Origin: an uncultured Nitrospiraceae bacterium
Lineage (GTDB): Bacteria > Nitrospirota > Thermodesulfovibrionia > Thermodesulfovibrionales > Dissulfurispiraceae
Length of the DNA stretch: 64,000 bases
Assembly (NCBI GenBank): GCA_963727805.1
Contig: CAVSHF010000003.1
Coordinates: forward strand, 1,376,001 to 1,440,000
Reading direction: 5' to 3'
Below, piece after piece: positions 53,234 through 62,547 of this stretch; the stretch's first letter is position 1; each line of letters opens with the position of its first letter. The position numbers were made by a program, and so were the translations under genes. The notes beneath the pieces are model-generated. The model worked only from the letters and a program-made list of their open reading frames with translations, had not been told where the DNA came from and made no database searches.

Positions 53234-53997
53234 TTCTCTTCCTCCAACCTTTTGAGGACCGCCAGTGCGTCCTCCCACGTCAGCCATTTATCCTTTGGGT
53301 TTCTAAGCAGATAGGCGGGATGAAAGGTCGGCATGACAGGTATTGACCTTTTACCGACCCTGTAGTCGAAGAATTTACCGCGCTCCCTGGTAATTGAAAA
53401 AGACGTAAGCGGGCCAGTCCTGCCTGAAAGGGAGAAGGCCGATATCCTGCCTAATGAGACGATAACCTCAGGTGCTATGATCTCAATCTGCCTGACGAGA
53501 AACAGGGAGCAGGTGCGCATCTCATCGTCGTGAGGATCACGGTTCATAGGAGGCCTACACTTTACGATATTGGCTATGTATACATCTTTGCGTTTAAAGC
53601 CGGTCTGTTCGCCCATCTTTTCTATGAGCTTCGTGAGAAGCTTGCCGGCATCACCAACGAAGGGCCTTGCCTGAATATCCTCTTCCCTGCCGGGGGCTTC
53701 GCCGATAAACATTATGCGTGCATCGGGACTGCCTTCGCCGAAAACGATGTTCATCCTCTCTTGCGACAGAGAACATCTTTTGCAGTCGCCGATCTCATCC
53801 CGTAGCGAACGAAGTGCGTCCTTCTTATCAAATGCCGGCTCGTGGGAAACATTAGTAGAATAATCCGTCGCATCCTTGGCTGTCTGAATTGCAGCAGCAG
53901 GAGTAAAGAACGCTGACGTAACCGGTACACGCTCGAATCCCATGGCCTTGAAATATTCAAGCATGTCGCTAATACTTTTCTTGAGTTCGGCGTTCAT
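53230..53997 (-). CDS. Uracil-DNA glycosylase family 4
   Basis: CKRC, FIGEAPG..ED..RPFVG, NIVKCRPP.NR.P, FHPAYLLR. Confidence 0.93.
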   Translation of the reverse strand: MNAELKKSISDMLEYFKAMGFERVPVTSAFFTPAAAIQTAKDATDYSTNVSHEPAFDKKDALRSLRDEIGDCKRCSLSQERMNIVFGEGSPDARIMFIGEAPGREEDIQARPFVGDAGKLLTKLIEKMGEQTGFKRKDVYIANIVKCRPPMNRDPHDDEMRTCSLFLVRQIEIIAPEVIVSLGRISAFSLSGRTGPLTSFSITRERGKFFDYRVGKRSIPVMPTFHPAYLLRNPKDKWLTWEDALAVLKRLEEEK

Positions 53998-54004
53998 TTA
54001 TAGT

Positions 54005-54856
54005 TTACCGTTCTCCCCATTTGAGCTTTGTCCTCAGGAGATTAAAATAGTCGTGACCGCAGGGGGCAAACATTTTCGCGGTAGAGGTAGATCTTCTCAC
54101 TTCGATGACATCCCCCTGTTGCAATTTAAGACCGACCTGGCCGTCAACAGTAAGATAGACACTTTCGCTGGCTGATTTCAGGGCAACTCTGACAACAGAA
54201 TCGTCGGGCAATACAATAGGCCTGTTTGACAGCATATGGGGGCAGATAGGAGTCATGACCATGCTCCTGAGCGTGGGGTAGAGAATGGGGCCACCTGCCG
54301 CCAATGAATAGGCCGTAGAGCCTGTCGGCGTCGAGATGATCAAGCCGTCGGCCCTGTAGGTCGTAAGATAGGAATCATTCACAAAGGTCTCCATTTCAAT
54401 GATCCTCGCCAGTGCACCTTTGTTGATGACCGCATCATTTAAGGCTGTGAAACATCCCGCTTCCCCAGACTCCCGAATCACCAACGCATCGAGCATCATT
54501 CGTTCCTCAACAGGACATGTCCCCTGGAGTGCCTGTTCAAGCGCACTGAATATCTCGTGTTTGTTTATCTCGGTGATGAATCCGAGTCCGCCCAGATTGA
54601 CTCCAAGAATAGGAACGTCCCTTCCAGCAATGAGACGGGAGACGCTAAGCATCGTTCCGTCTCCACCGAGAACGATCATGATATCAACCAATCCCGGCAT
54701 CTTTTCCCTCTCTACGCCCTTTATCCCGAGGACTGAGGCCACCTCCGGTTCGAGAACAACCCCGCATTCCCGCTCTGCCAACCAAGGCAGCAGTAGCCTT
54801 ACAAGCTCGAGCGGCTCTGGCCTGCCTGACTTGCATATGATCCCTATCGTCTTCAT
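54005..54856 (-). CDS. nadK: NAD kinase
   Basis: LGGDGT, NLGGLGF, LND, DGLIISTPTGSTAYSLAAGGP. Confidence 0.96.
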   Translation of the reverse strand: MKTIGIICKSGRPEPLELVRLLLPWLAERECGVVLEPEVASVLGIKGVEREKMPGLVDIMIVLGGDGTMLSVSRLIAGRDVPILGVNLGGLGFITEINKHEIFSALEQALQGTCPVEERMMLDALVIRESGEAGCFTALNDAVINKGALARIIEMETFVNDSYLTTYRADGLIISTPTGSTAYSLAAGGPILYPTLRSMVMTPICPHMLSNRPIVLPDDSVVRVALKSASESVYLTVDGQVGLKLQQGDVIEVRRSTSTAKMFAPCGHDYFNLLRTKLKWGER

Positions 54857-55332
54857 TGTTTCTCCGCGTCCGTTAAAGAAGCTTTCCACTCATCGCTCTC
54901 AATGCCTGCGATTGCGATCTCACGCCTGTCTTCTCCGCGATATTGAAAAGTGACCGATACCGCTCCGTCAGGCACTTCTCCGAGTTTCTCGGCCCACTCT
55001 ATCACAACGATGCCGTCAGACTCGATATATTCCCACAAACCGATGTCCTCGATGCAGGGCTCGTCGCCTAGTCTGTATAGATCAATGTGGTAAAACGGGG
55101 GAGTTGTTTCATACTCTGCAACAATAACGAAACTCGCGCTACCTATCTCCCTTCCCGGAATGCCGAAGGCCGAGGCGAATCCTTTAACAAAGGTCGTCTT
55201 GCCCGCACCGAGGTCTCCGTAAAGACACACAATAACAGTCCCGCCCTGCTTCTTTAAGAATGAACCGAGCCTGAACCCGATGACTTCTGTCTCTTCAGCT
55301 GCTTGAGTGACGATCCCTCTGTTCATTATCAT
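54853..55332 (-). CDS. tsaE: tRNA threonylcarbamoyladenosine biosynthesis ATPase TsaE
   Basis: GDLGAGKT, HIDLYRL, IEWAE. Confidence 0.94.
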   Translation of the reverse strand: MIMNRGIVTQAAEETEVIGFRLGSFLKKQGGTVIVCLYGDLGAGKTTFVKGFASAFGIPGREIGSASFVIVAEYETTPPFYHIDLYRLGDEPCIEDIGLWEYIESDGIVVIEWAEKLGEVPDGAVSVTFQYRGEDRREIAIAGIESDEWKASLTDAEKQ

Positions 55333-55378
55333 CCAGATGGGTCCTCCAAAAAGGTGAAAGGAGCCGTGAGGGCAGAGG

Positions 55379-55837
55379 TTAAAGATTCCCGAGGCTCAGG
55401 CCTTTGATTATATCGATCTTGCCGATGATCCCCTTGAGTTTTCTTCCTTCGACAACTGGAACAAGGTGGATATTCCGCTCGGACATGATGGTGGCAATTT
55501 CGTCCACCGGGGTATCCTCGCTTACGGTTAGAACCTCTTTTCTGTATATATCCTCCACCGTGACGGCAGCCATCTCCTTGATCTCTTGCTCGATACTGCT
55601 CTTGCTTTCGAGCATAATGAAGGCATCGAAAAGCCTGACGATGGTCGGAATGTGAAACTTCTTGTTTTTCCGTATTAGATCGTTTTCCGTCACGATGCCG
55701 ATAAGATCCTCCTGCTCGTTGAGGACCGGCGTGCCGCTTATCTTGTGTTCGACCAGCACACGCGCAAGGTCTTCGACTGTTGTGGAGGTGCCGACCGTTC
55801 TTACGTTTTTCGTCATTATGTCCTTTGCCTTTAACAT
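55379..55837 (-). CDS. CBS domain pair protein
   Basis: AKDIMT..V, ISGTPV..GIVTENDL, second CBS repeat; AAAGGAG SD before ATG 55837. Confidence 0.9.
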   Translation of the reverse strand: MLKAKDIMTKNVRTVGTSTTVEDLARVLVEHKISGTPVLNEQEDLIGIVTENDLIRKNKKFHIPTIVRLFDAFIMLESKSSIEQEIKEMAAVTVEDIYRKEVLTVSEDTPVDEIATIMSERNIHLVPVVEGRKLKGIIGKIDIIKGLSLGNL

Positions 55838-56047
55838 CACATCTCCTTTCGACAAGACTGCACAGTAAGTCTTATCGATTACTCTTCGATATTACACTAT
55901 AATACGGCACAACCACACCAAAATCAATCAAACATCGAAGCAGCCGATCGAGGCAGATGAGCCTCCTTATGGCGGAAGACAAGTATTTGTTATAATCAAC
56001 ATAGATAGTTCGTTTAATACAATAGGTCCTTCCAAAATTGAGGTCCC

Positions 56048-57640
56048 ATGAGTGATGAAGAAAAGACACCAAATGAAGTTTCCTATGAGATAGCGTACCT
56101 GCGCGTCCTTCTTGCCGATGTCGAACACAAGAACCGGCAAGCCGAGGAGCTCCTGCGCGTCGTGACAGACCAGTATCGTCGCATCACCGAAGTAGTTTCG
56201 GACTATATCTTCAGCGTCCATGTCGTTGACGGCAATCCCGTCGAGACTGTTCATGGACGGGGTTGCCTCTCAATAACGGGCTATGCGCCCGACGAATTCT
56301 CGTCAAATAATTTCCTTTGGATTAACATGGTCTTTGAAGATGACCGGGCACCAGTCCTCAGACATGTTGCGGGGATCCTCTCGGGAAAAGGTACTGCGCC
56401 CTTCGAACACAGGATCGTGCGGAAGGACGGCGCGATGCGATGGGTCCGCAATACGCCGGTCTGTCAGTATGATACGGAGGGGAAACTACTTGCCTATGAT
56501 GGTCTCATCCAGGACATTACTGAGCACAAGCATACGGAGGCGTCTCTTAAAGAAAGCGAGGAAAAGTATCGCATCGTCGCGGATTTTACATACGACTGGG
56601 AGGAATGGGTCGACCCAGACGGCCAATACTTGTATGTGTCGCCATCGTGTGAGAGGATCACAGGATACCGGCCAGATGAATTCCTCGCCAACCCCGATCT
56701 CGTCGTCATGATCGCCCATCCTGCAGACCAGGCGATGGTTGCTGCACATTACAACGATTCCGCCAAAGGACGCATGGAGGCTGAGCATATCGATTTTCGC
56801 ATTACCACCAAGAGCGGGGAAAAACGCTGGATCAGCCACAGTTGCCAGTCTGTCTTCAGCGAGGACGGCAGATGGCTGGGCCGGCGGGCGAGCAATCAAG
56901 ATAGCAGCGGGCGCCGGAAACTCATGGAGGAGTTGATGAAATCACGGGAACTTGAGGCCGTCGGCATCCTGGCAGGCGGTATCTCCCATGATTTCAATGA
57001 TCTCATCACTGCCATCCTCGGCAATGTCTCGATCGCGAAAACGCACGTGGAACCGGACACTAAAGTTTATCATCTTCTGACGAATGCCGAGGAAGTTGCA
57101 GTACGTTCGCACGACCTGACCCAACAGCTGATAGCTTTTTCGCAGCGCGGCAAGTTATTGAAAAAGCGAATCCCTATCTCTGAAACAATCAAGAGCGTAG
57201 TCTGCGCAGCCATCGATAATGACGGTATTAAATGCGATTTGTCGATCCCCGAAAATCTTTGGCCCGTTGAGGCCGACGAAGGTCAGATATCCCAGGCAAT
57301 CGGCAACCTAGTCCGGAACGCGAAAGAGGCTCTGGATGACAACGGCCTGCTGACAGTTAGCGCGACAAATACGACTGTCCGTGATAAAGATAATTACCTG
57401 ATCGAACCGGGCGATTACGTCAGGATATCCATAGGAGACACTAACACCAACATTTCTACAGAAAGTAGCGCAAAGACACTCGATCCATACTTTACAACGA
57501 AATATCTCGGGATACCAATTGGCGCGGGACTGGGGCTCGCAATCGCCTATTCAATCGTCGCCAACCACGATGGCATGATCACTTTGGATCCCGGGGAGGG
57601 GCAGGGAACGACTTTTCACATTTATTTGCCTGCAGAATAA
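56048..57640 (+). CDS. PAS/PAC (x2) sensor histidine kinase with degenerate G1 box
   Basis: Two PAS_3-like domains (ITGY.PDEF, HRIVRKDG..RWV), H-box ISHDFND, N-box NLVRNA, G2 GAGLGL. Confidence 0.88.
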   Translation: MSDEEKTPNEVSYEIAYLRVLLADVEHKNRQAEELLRVVTDQYRRITEVVSDYIFSVHVVDGNPVETVHGRGCLSITGYAPDEFSSNNFLWINMVFEDDRAPVLRHVAGILSGKGTAPFEHRIVRKDGAMRWVRNTPVCQYDTEGKLLAYDGLIQDITEHKHTEASLKESEEKYRIVADFTYDWEEWVDPDGQYLYVSPSCERITGYRPDEFLANPDLVVMIAHPADQAMVAAHYNDSAKGRMEAEHIDFRITTKSGEKRWISHSCQSVFSEDGRWLGRRASNQDSSGRRKLMEELMKSRELEAVGILAGGISHDFNDLITAILGNVSIAKTHVEPDTKVYHLLTNAEEVAVRSHDLTQQLIAFSQRGKLLKKRIPISETIKSVVCAAIDNDGIKCDLSIPENLWPVEADEGQISQAIGNLVRNAKEALDDNGLLTVSATNTTVRDKDNYLIEPGDYVRISIGDTNTNISTESSAKTLDPYFTTKYLGIPIGAGLGLAIAYSIVANHDGMITLDPGEGQGTTFHIYLPAE

Positions 57641-57789
57641 GCATAAGTTCGTATTTTCATGATTTTCTGTTATATCCGAAACGGGCCTCGAAGATCGGCG
57701 CATATTCTCACTTCTCTCTTTAATGTGAGTATCGATGAAAGATAAGCCATCAAGAAATCTCAGTGGCAAGTGTACATAATCGGCAACGC

Positions 57790-58104
57790 CTATTTTATAA
57801 ACGAACAGCAGTAGTCGGTGAGTGTTTTCACTTTAAGTTTAAAGGTCGCATTGGCGGCAACGTTGAAGGCTTCATCTCCGGCTACTTTTTCCCATACACT
57901 CTTGCCGGGAAGAAGGACTTCAAGTTCTCCTGAAAGGATCTCCATAACTTCCGCATCCTTCGTGCTGAACTCATACTCTCCGGGCTGCATGATGCCGAGC
58001 GTTTTCTTTGTTCCGTCCTCAAAGAGGACCGTCCTGCTCGTCACGCCGCCGCCAAAAAACACGTTCGCCTTCTTAACAACAGTAACGCCCTGAAATTCAG
58101 ACAT
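57790..58104 (-). CDS. ppnP: Pyrimidine/purine nucleoside phosphorylase (DUF1255)
   Basis: ANVFFGGGVTSR, KTLGIM.PGEYEF.T..AE.MEI, F.V.AN..F, DYCC. Confidence 0.9.
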   Translation of the reverse strand: MSEFQGVTVVKKANVFFGGGVTSRTVLFEDGTKKTLGIMQPGEYEFSTKDAEVMEILSGELEVLLPGKSVWEKVAGDEAFNVAANATFKLKVKTLTDYCCSFIK

Positions 58105-58284
58105 TGAGTAAGCCTCCTTGGGTTAGAATGAATGGAAAAACTCTATCAGAACGGCACGCCTCTTTTCAAGCGGCAGCGGCATCCACAATGCAGTTTTATG
58201 GGGAAGAAACCAACTCTTTTCCCTTCAGAGGAGGGGAGTCCATAGATTTAGAGGATAGGGTGTATTTTTTTATTTCTCCTGAAT

Positions 58285-58753
58285 TCATCCTTTAAACCAT
58301 GCCGACATTAGCCTTAATTCTTCCGACAGTCTCAAGAGCTCTTCCGAGGCCTTCTTCACATTGACAATAGATTCCTCGGCCTTCTTAGTTATGGTTGCGA
58401 TACGTTCCATGCTTCGCGAAACTTCTTCCGAAACAGCAGATTGCTCTTCAGTTGCCGTAGCAATCGCCTGTGCCATATCGACACCGCGCTGAGAGGCATC
58501 CAAGATCAACTCCAGTGACTTACTCGCTTTATTAGAAAGTCTCACACCCTCCTCGACCCTGGTTTTACCTTTATTCATTGCAGACACGCACCTCTCGGTA
58601 TCCGCGTGTATTTCATTAATTATCCCTGATATCTCCTGGGTTGACTCGCCAGTACGTTCGGCAAGCTTTCTCACCTCATCGGCCAAGGAATAAACATATC
58701 GTCACTAACATCGTCATGAAGACAACATAAACCATCTTTACAACGCTTTTCAG
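58285..58753 (-). pseudogene. Methyl-accepting chemotaxis protein remnant (internal deletion)
   Basis: C-terminal ORF starts mid-motif at ADEVRKLAERT; a short hydrophobic N-terminal stub lies upstream in another frame. Confidence 0.75.
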
Positions 58754-58961
58754 GGATCCTCCTCTGATTATTTTCTTTTATACCAATAAGATTTTAATTT
58801 ATATCATGGATAATTGTAGCATTAGTCTCCCGAATATATATTATTGGAAGCACTGAAATGCTGGCCTCATACAGGTCATGGGTTCTTCCTTTGCCGGTAT
58901 CCCGGCGCTGTTCTTCACAAAGGCAGTCCCAAATCCCTTACAAATAGTGTAAAATTGCTTG

Positions 58962-59819
58962 ATGGCTAATCAGGTTATAAAGGCTTCAGGTCAGGTGGAA
59001 GAGTTCAACTCCTTCAAACTCGCCAACTCCCTGGTCCGCGCTGGAGCGCCTGAAGACGTTGCCCGTGAAATTGCAGACAAGGTAGCGCTGCAGGTCACCC
59101 CTTCATTCCATACTCGCCACATTTTCAGGATGGCAAAGAAGCTGCTCAGACAATACAATCGTGCTACCGGCATGCGCTATTCCATCAAGCGGGCGATTTA
59201 CGCCCTCGGCCCTACGGGATATCCCTTCGAGAAATATGTCGCCCGTATTCTGAAAGCCTATGGCTACAATGTCGAAGTGAATAGGATTATTAAAGGGTAC
59301 TGTGTAACCCACGAGGTCGATGTGCTGGCGAGCAGGGACGACCGCAGGTGCGTAATCGAGTGCAAACATCATGCGAACGGCGTAAAGCCGGCGGATGTCA
59401 AAATTGCTCTGTATGTCCATTCGCGGTTCAACGATATTAGGAAAGCATTTGAGATTTCGGAGCATCAAAATTCTCATGTCCACGAGGGATGGCTGGTGAC
59501 CAACACGCGGTGCAGCGCCGATGCCATCAAGTATGCCGAATGCGTGGGGCTCAAGATTGTAAGCTGGAGATATCCCGAAAAAAATAGCCTCGAAATGATG
59601 ATCGAGGCAAAACGTCTCTATCCTGTAACCATCCTCCCGGCGGCGACAAAGAGCTCGATTCAGTCACTTACCAGCCGCGATATCATCCTTGTTGATGAGA
59701 TTGCCGACATGGATCAGCAGACGTTTCTCGGAAAGAGCGGTCTTGACCGAGCAAGCGCACTCTCCATCAAAAGAGAAGCTGACGAACTGTGCTGCGCATC
59801 TCCAAATAAGCCTCTGTAA
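58962..59819 (+). CDS. ATP-cone + Mrr-like PD-(D/E)xK restriction endonuclease domain protein
   Basis: N-term VIKASG..EEF...KL..SL..AG (ATP cone); GYPFE..V..IL, HEVDV, IECK, GWLVTN (Mrr_cat-like). Confidence 0.85.
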   Translation: MANQVIKASGQVEEFNSFKLANSLVRAGAPEDVAREIADKVALQVTPSFHTRHIFRMAKKLLRQYNRATGMRYSIKRAIYALGPTGYPFEKYVARILKAYGYNVEVNRIIKGYCVTHEVDVLASRDDRRCVIECKHHANGVKPADVKIALYVHSRFNDIRKAFEISEHQNSHVHEGWLVTNTRCSADAIKYAECVGLKIVSWRYPEKNSLEMMIEAKRLYPVTILPAATKSSIQSLTSRDIILVDEIADMDQQTFLGKSGLDRASALSIKREADELCCASPNKPL

Positions 59820-59950
59820 ACGCCTTTTAAAAATCCCACCACGCTATAATGTGGTCAAATTACTCCTCATTTCAGAAAAAGCATCCCCATTTTTGCATAT
59901 TTGCACGAGCAGTACCAACAGATTTGCTGGAAATTCAATGCCACTTATAA

Positions 59951-59966
59951 TGGCACGATATATGCT
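59951..59966 (+). promoter_or_regulatory. Sigma-54 (-24/-12) promoter
   Basis: TGGCACG-ATAT-ATGCT, i.e. GG-N10-GC, 27 nt upstream of an SD-led ATG. Confidence 0.7.
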
Positions 59967-59993
59967 AATTTAAGATAAAGGGAGTGAAGAGTT

Positions 59994-60125
59994 ATGAATA
60001 GAAACATGGATAAAATGAAAGAAATTGTCTCAATCCTTATGGAGAGCACACTCTATTTTGATGTTCCCCTCGATGAGCGGAGGGAAATAGTCGTCAGGCT
60101 CATCGAGCGCATAAACTGGGCTTAA
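59994..60125 (+). CDS. Small 43-aa protein of unknown function
   Basis: AAGGGAG SD; MNRNMDKMKEIVSILMESTLYFDVPLDERREIVVRLIERINWA*; below the ORF-track cutoff. Confidence 0.7.
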   Translation: MNRNMDKMKEIVSILMESTLYFDVPLDERREIVVRLIERINWA

Positions 60126-60218
60126 ATCTGCGTTGTCGAAGTCAGTGTGTTTACTCCTCGAAAGCAGCGCCTCCGCCATATTTTGCGTTCACAGGCTGAA
60201 AAACGCTATAGTTAATCA

Positions 60219-60533
60219 ATGATCTATGTATTGAATGCTCCGGTCATTACAAGTTACGGGGTTTATCGTTTTACCAAAATAGAGCCTGAAGCAGCAAAGA
60301 AACTGCTCTTGGAAGGTTTCGTTTCGGCGATAGGCCATGACAGTACGGCCCGTCTCATGGGCGACATAATAGGGATCGAGATTCCCTTCAACCGCATAAC
60401 AATTCACATGGAAGCGGGAGATAAAGCAGTCGCCCTCTGGCTCCTGAACCGTCCTGGTGAGGCCCAGATCTATTCCCGGGAAGACCTATCGGCTATCCCG
60501 TGCGAACTCGGCCTGCTTGAGAGGGTTAGCTGA
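60219..60533 (+). CDS. DUF1874 (STIV B116/YddF) family protein, AcrIII-1/Crn2-like cA4 ring nuclease
   Basis: YVLNA N-terminus, FVSAIGH, NR, GD, RxxE motifs at family length (104 aa). Confidence 0.85.
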   Translation: MIYVLNAPVITSYGVYRFTKIEPEAAKKLLLEGFVSAIGHDSTARLMGDIIGIEIPFNRITIHMEAGDKAVALWLLNRPGEAQIYSREDLSAIPCELGLLERVS

Positions 60534-60621
60534 TCTGGACGAAGAAAGCCCTGCATCCTTAATGGATTAATGCAAATTCATTATGTTTCTGTGTTTCTTG
60601 TTATAGGTTTGATATATTTAA

Positions 60622-62547
60622 ATGATGACAACGCCTTCAGACAATATGGATGACCCCTTCAGATCCCAAGGTCGGGATATGGACAATCACCGTCACGTAC
60701 CTGTCGGGCATTTCCTAGTGGACATCGAGGGGACAGTACGTGAAGTAGATCAACTAGGCCTCCATTTACTGGGGGAAAACATGCCTTCTTTTCTCGAAAC
60801 GCCCTTTTTAGATCATGTTTACCTGGATGATGCAGATCTTTTTACCAGCCATCTGCAGCAGGTCTTCGGGTCGCTCCAAAATAAAAGCTGCGAAGTCCGT
60901 TTGATCAGGAAAGATGGCAACGTATTTGATTCTTTGCTCGAAAGTGCAGTCGGAAGTGGTCCGGATGGATGCCACGATATATGCAGGATTACGGTACACG
61001 ATATCACATTAATCAAGTTTATTAAGAAATTGCTGTCACATGAAAAGAAGTTTTCAGAAAGCATTATCAGCAGCACATTCGACGGCATCATCGCCTTCGA
61101 CTCTATCTATCAATGCATGGAATGGAATCCTGCCATGGAACAGATGACCGGTATTTCACGAAACGAGTGCCTCGGTAAAAACATATTTGAAACCCTCCCT
61201 TTTCTCAAAAGAATTGGCGAAGACAGGTATTACCTTGCAGCACTTCAGGGTCGAAAGGTCACTTCAAGAAACAGGTACTATAGCGTAAAACGGACAGGCC
61301 GGGAAGGTTTTTTCGATGCACGCTATTCTCCTTTGAAAGACAACAGCAACGCATTAAGCGGTGGGATAGCAATTGTTCGGGATATTACAGTACAGAAGAT
61401 GCAGGAAGAGGAACTCCTCAAAACTAATAAATACGAATCACTGAGTTTGCTTGCGTCAGGGATTGCCCATGATTTCAACAATCTTCTGGCTGGCATTCTG
61501 GGGAACATATCTCTTGCCAAGCTCCATATGAAACAGGGTGATAAAACTTATGGACTCATCGACAAAGCCATTAAAATAGTTCTTCGTGCAAGTGATCTGA
61601 CCAGACAGCTCACATTATTCTCTTCCGAAGTCGAGCCTATCAAAAGACCGGCATTCATCGCCCCCCTGTTGAAAGATGCAGCAGACTTTGCCTTGAGCGG
61701 CTCCTCTATCGGCTGTGAATTGGCTATTGATGATAGTCTATGGCCGGTGGAAATCGATGAAGGACAGATGAGGCAGGCCGTCCATACTATTATCACGTAT
61801 TTAAATAAATCCTTGCGGGAAGGAGCCAAGATTGCCATCGCAACAAAAAATGCCGTCATCGCTCGGGATTCGGCGCTTCCGCTGCTCCACGGGAAATATG
61901 TACTGATATCTATAGCTGACTATAGCAGCAACATTTCATCTGATAACATTCTTACAACAAGCGATCCTTTCGGTATCACTAATGTCGAGGGCGATAAAAT
62001 CAGGAAAAGCCCTGAACTTTCAATGGCTTATTCAATCATAAGCAATCACGAGGGGTTAATCACCGTCGAATCGGCGATTGGAGTCGGTACTGCTGTCGTC
62101 ATTTTCCTTCCCGCCACTGAAAAGGCTGTTGAAGAAAAGGAGATGAAGACGCTCCCTATTCTTGCCGGGAAAGGCAGGATTCTCATCATGGATGATGAGG
62201 ATTATGTCAGAGACATCGCCGGCAAGATATTGAGATATATCGGATATGAGGTAGCATTGGCACAAGACGGTGAGGATGCCGTGAGGGCATATATGGATGC
62301 AATTAACTCCACAAGGCCCTTTGATGCCGTCATACTTGACCTCACCGTTCAGGGTGGCATGGGTGGCAAAGATGCGCTCATGAGACTGCTCGATATCGAT
62401 CCCAAAGTGAAGGCAATTGTATCGAGTGGGTACTCGCGCGATCCGGTCATGTCAGAATTCGGCAATTTCGGCTTTAAAGGTGCCATTGCGAAACCGTTCA
62501 AAATCGGCGAGCTAAATGAGATACTGTCGAAGGCGTTGAATAAATAA
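60622..62547 (+). CDS. PAS (x2) hybrid histidine kinase/receiver with degenerate HATPase domain
   Basis: Two PAS domains, H-box IAHDFNNLL, receiver IMDDE..ILDL..VSSG..AKPF; N, G1 and G2 boxes are non-canonical. Confidence 0.88.
   Translation: MMTTPSDNMDDPFRSQGRDMDNHRHVPVGHFLVDIEGTVREVDQLGLHLLGENMPSFLETPFLDHVYLDDADLFTSHLQQVFGSLQNKSCEVRLIRKDGNVFDSLLESAVGSGPDGCHDICRITVHDITLIKFIKKLLSHEKKFSESIISSTFDGIIAFDSIYQCMEWNPAMEQMTGISRNECLGKNIFETLPFLKRIGEDRYYLAALQGRKVTSRNRYYSVKRTGREGFFDARYSPLKDNSNALSGGIAIVRDITVQKMQEEELLKTNKYESLSLLASGIAHDFNNLLAGILGNISLAKLHMKQGDKTYGLIDKAIKIVLRASDLTRQLTLFSSEVEPIKRPAFIAPLLKDAADFALSGSSIGCELAIDDSLWPVEIDEGQMRQAVHTIITYLNKSLREGAKIAIATKNAVIARDSALPLLHGKYVLISIADYSSNISSDNILTTSDPFGITNVEGDKIRKSPELSMAYSIISNHEGLITVESAIGVGTAVVIFLPATEKAVEEKEMKTLPILAGKGRILIMDDEDYVRDIAGKILRYIGYEVALAQDGEDAVRAYMDAINSTRPFDAVILDLTVQGGMGGKDALMRLLDIDPKVKAIVSSGYSRDPVMSEFGNFGFKGAIAKPFKIGELNEILSKALNK

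Noticed and set aside
59925..59945. Second, divergent sigma-54 site on the minus strand (TGGCATTGAATTTCC)
   Set aside because: The -12 position is CC rather than GC, and it would point antisense into the nuclease gene.
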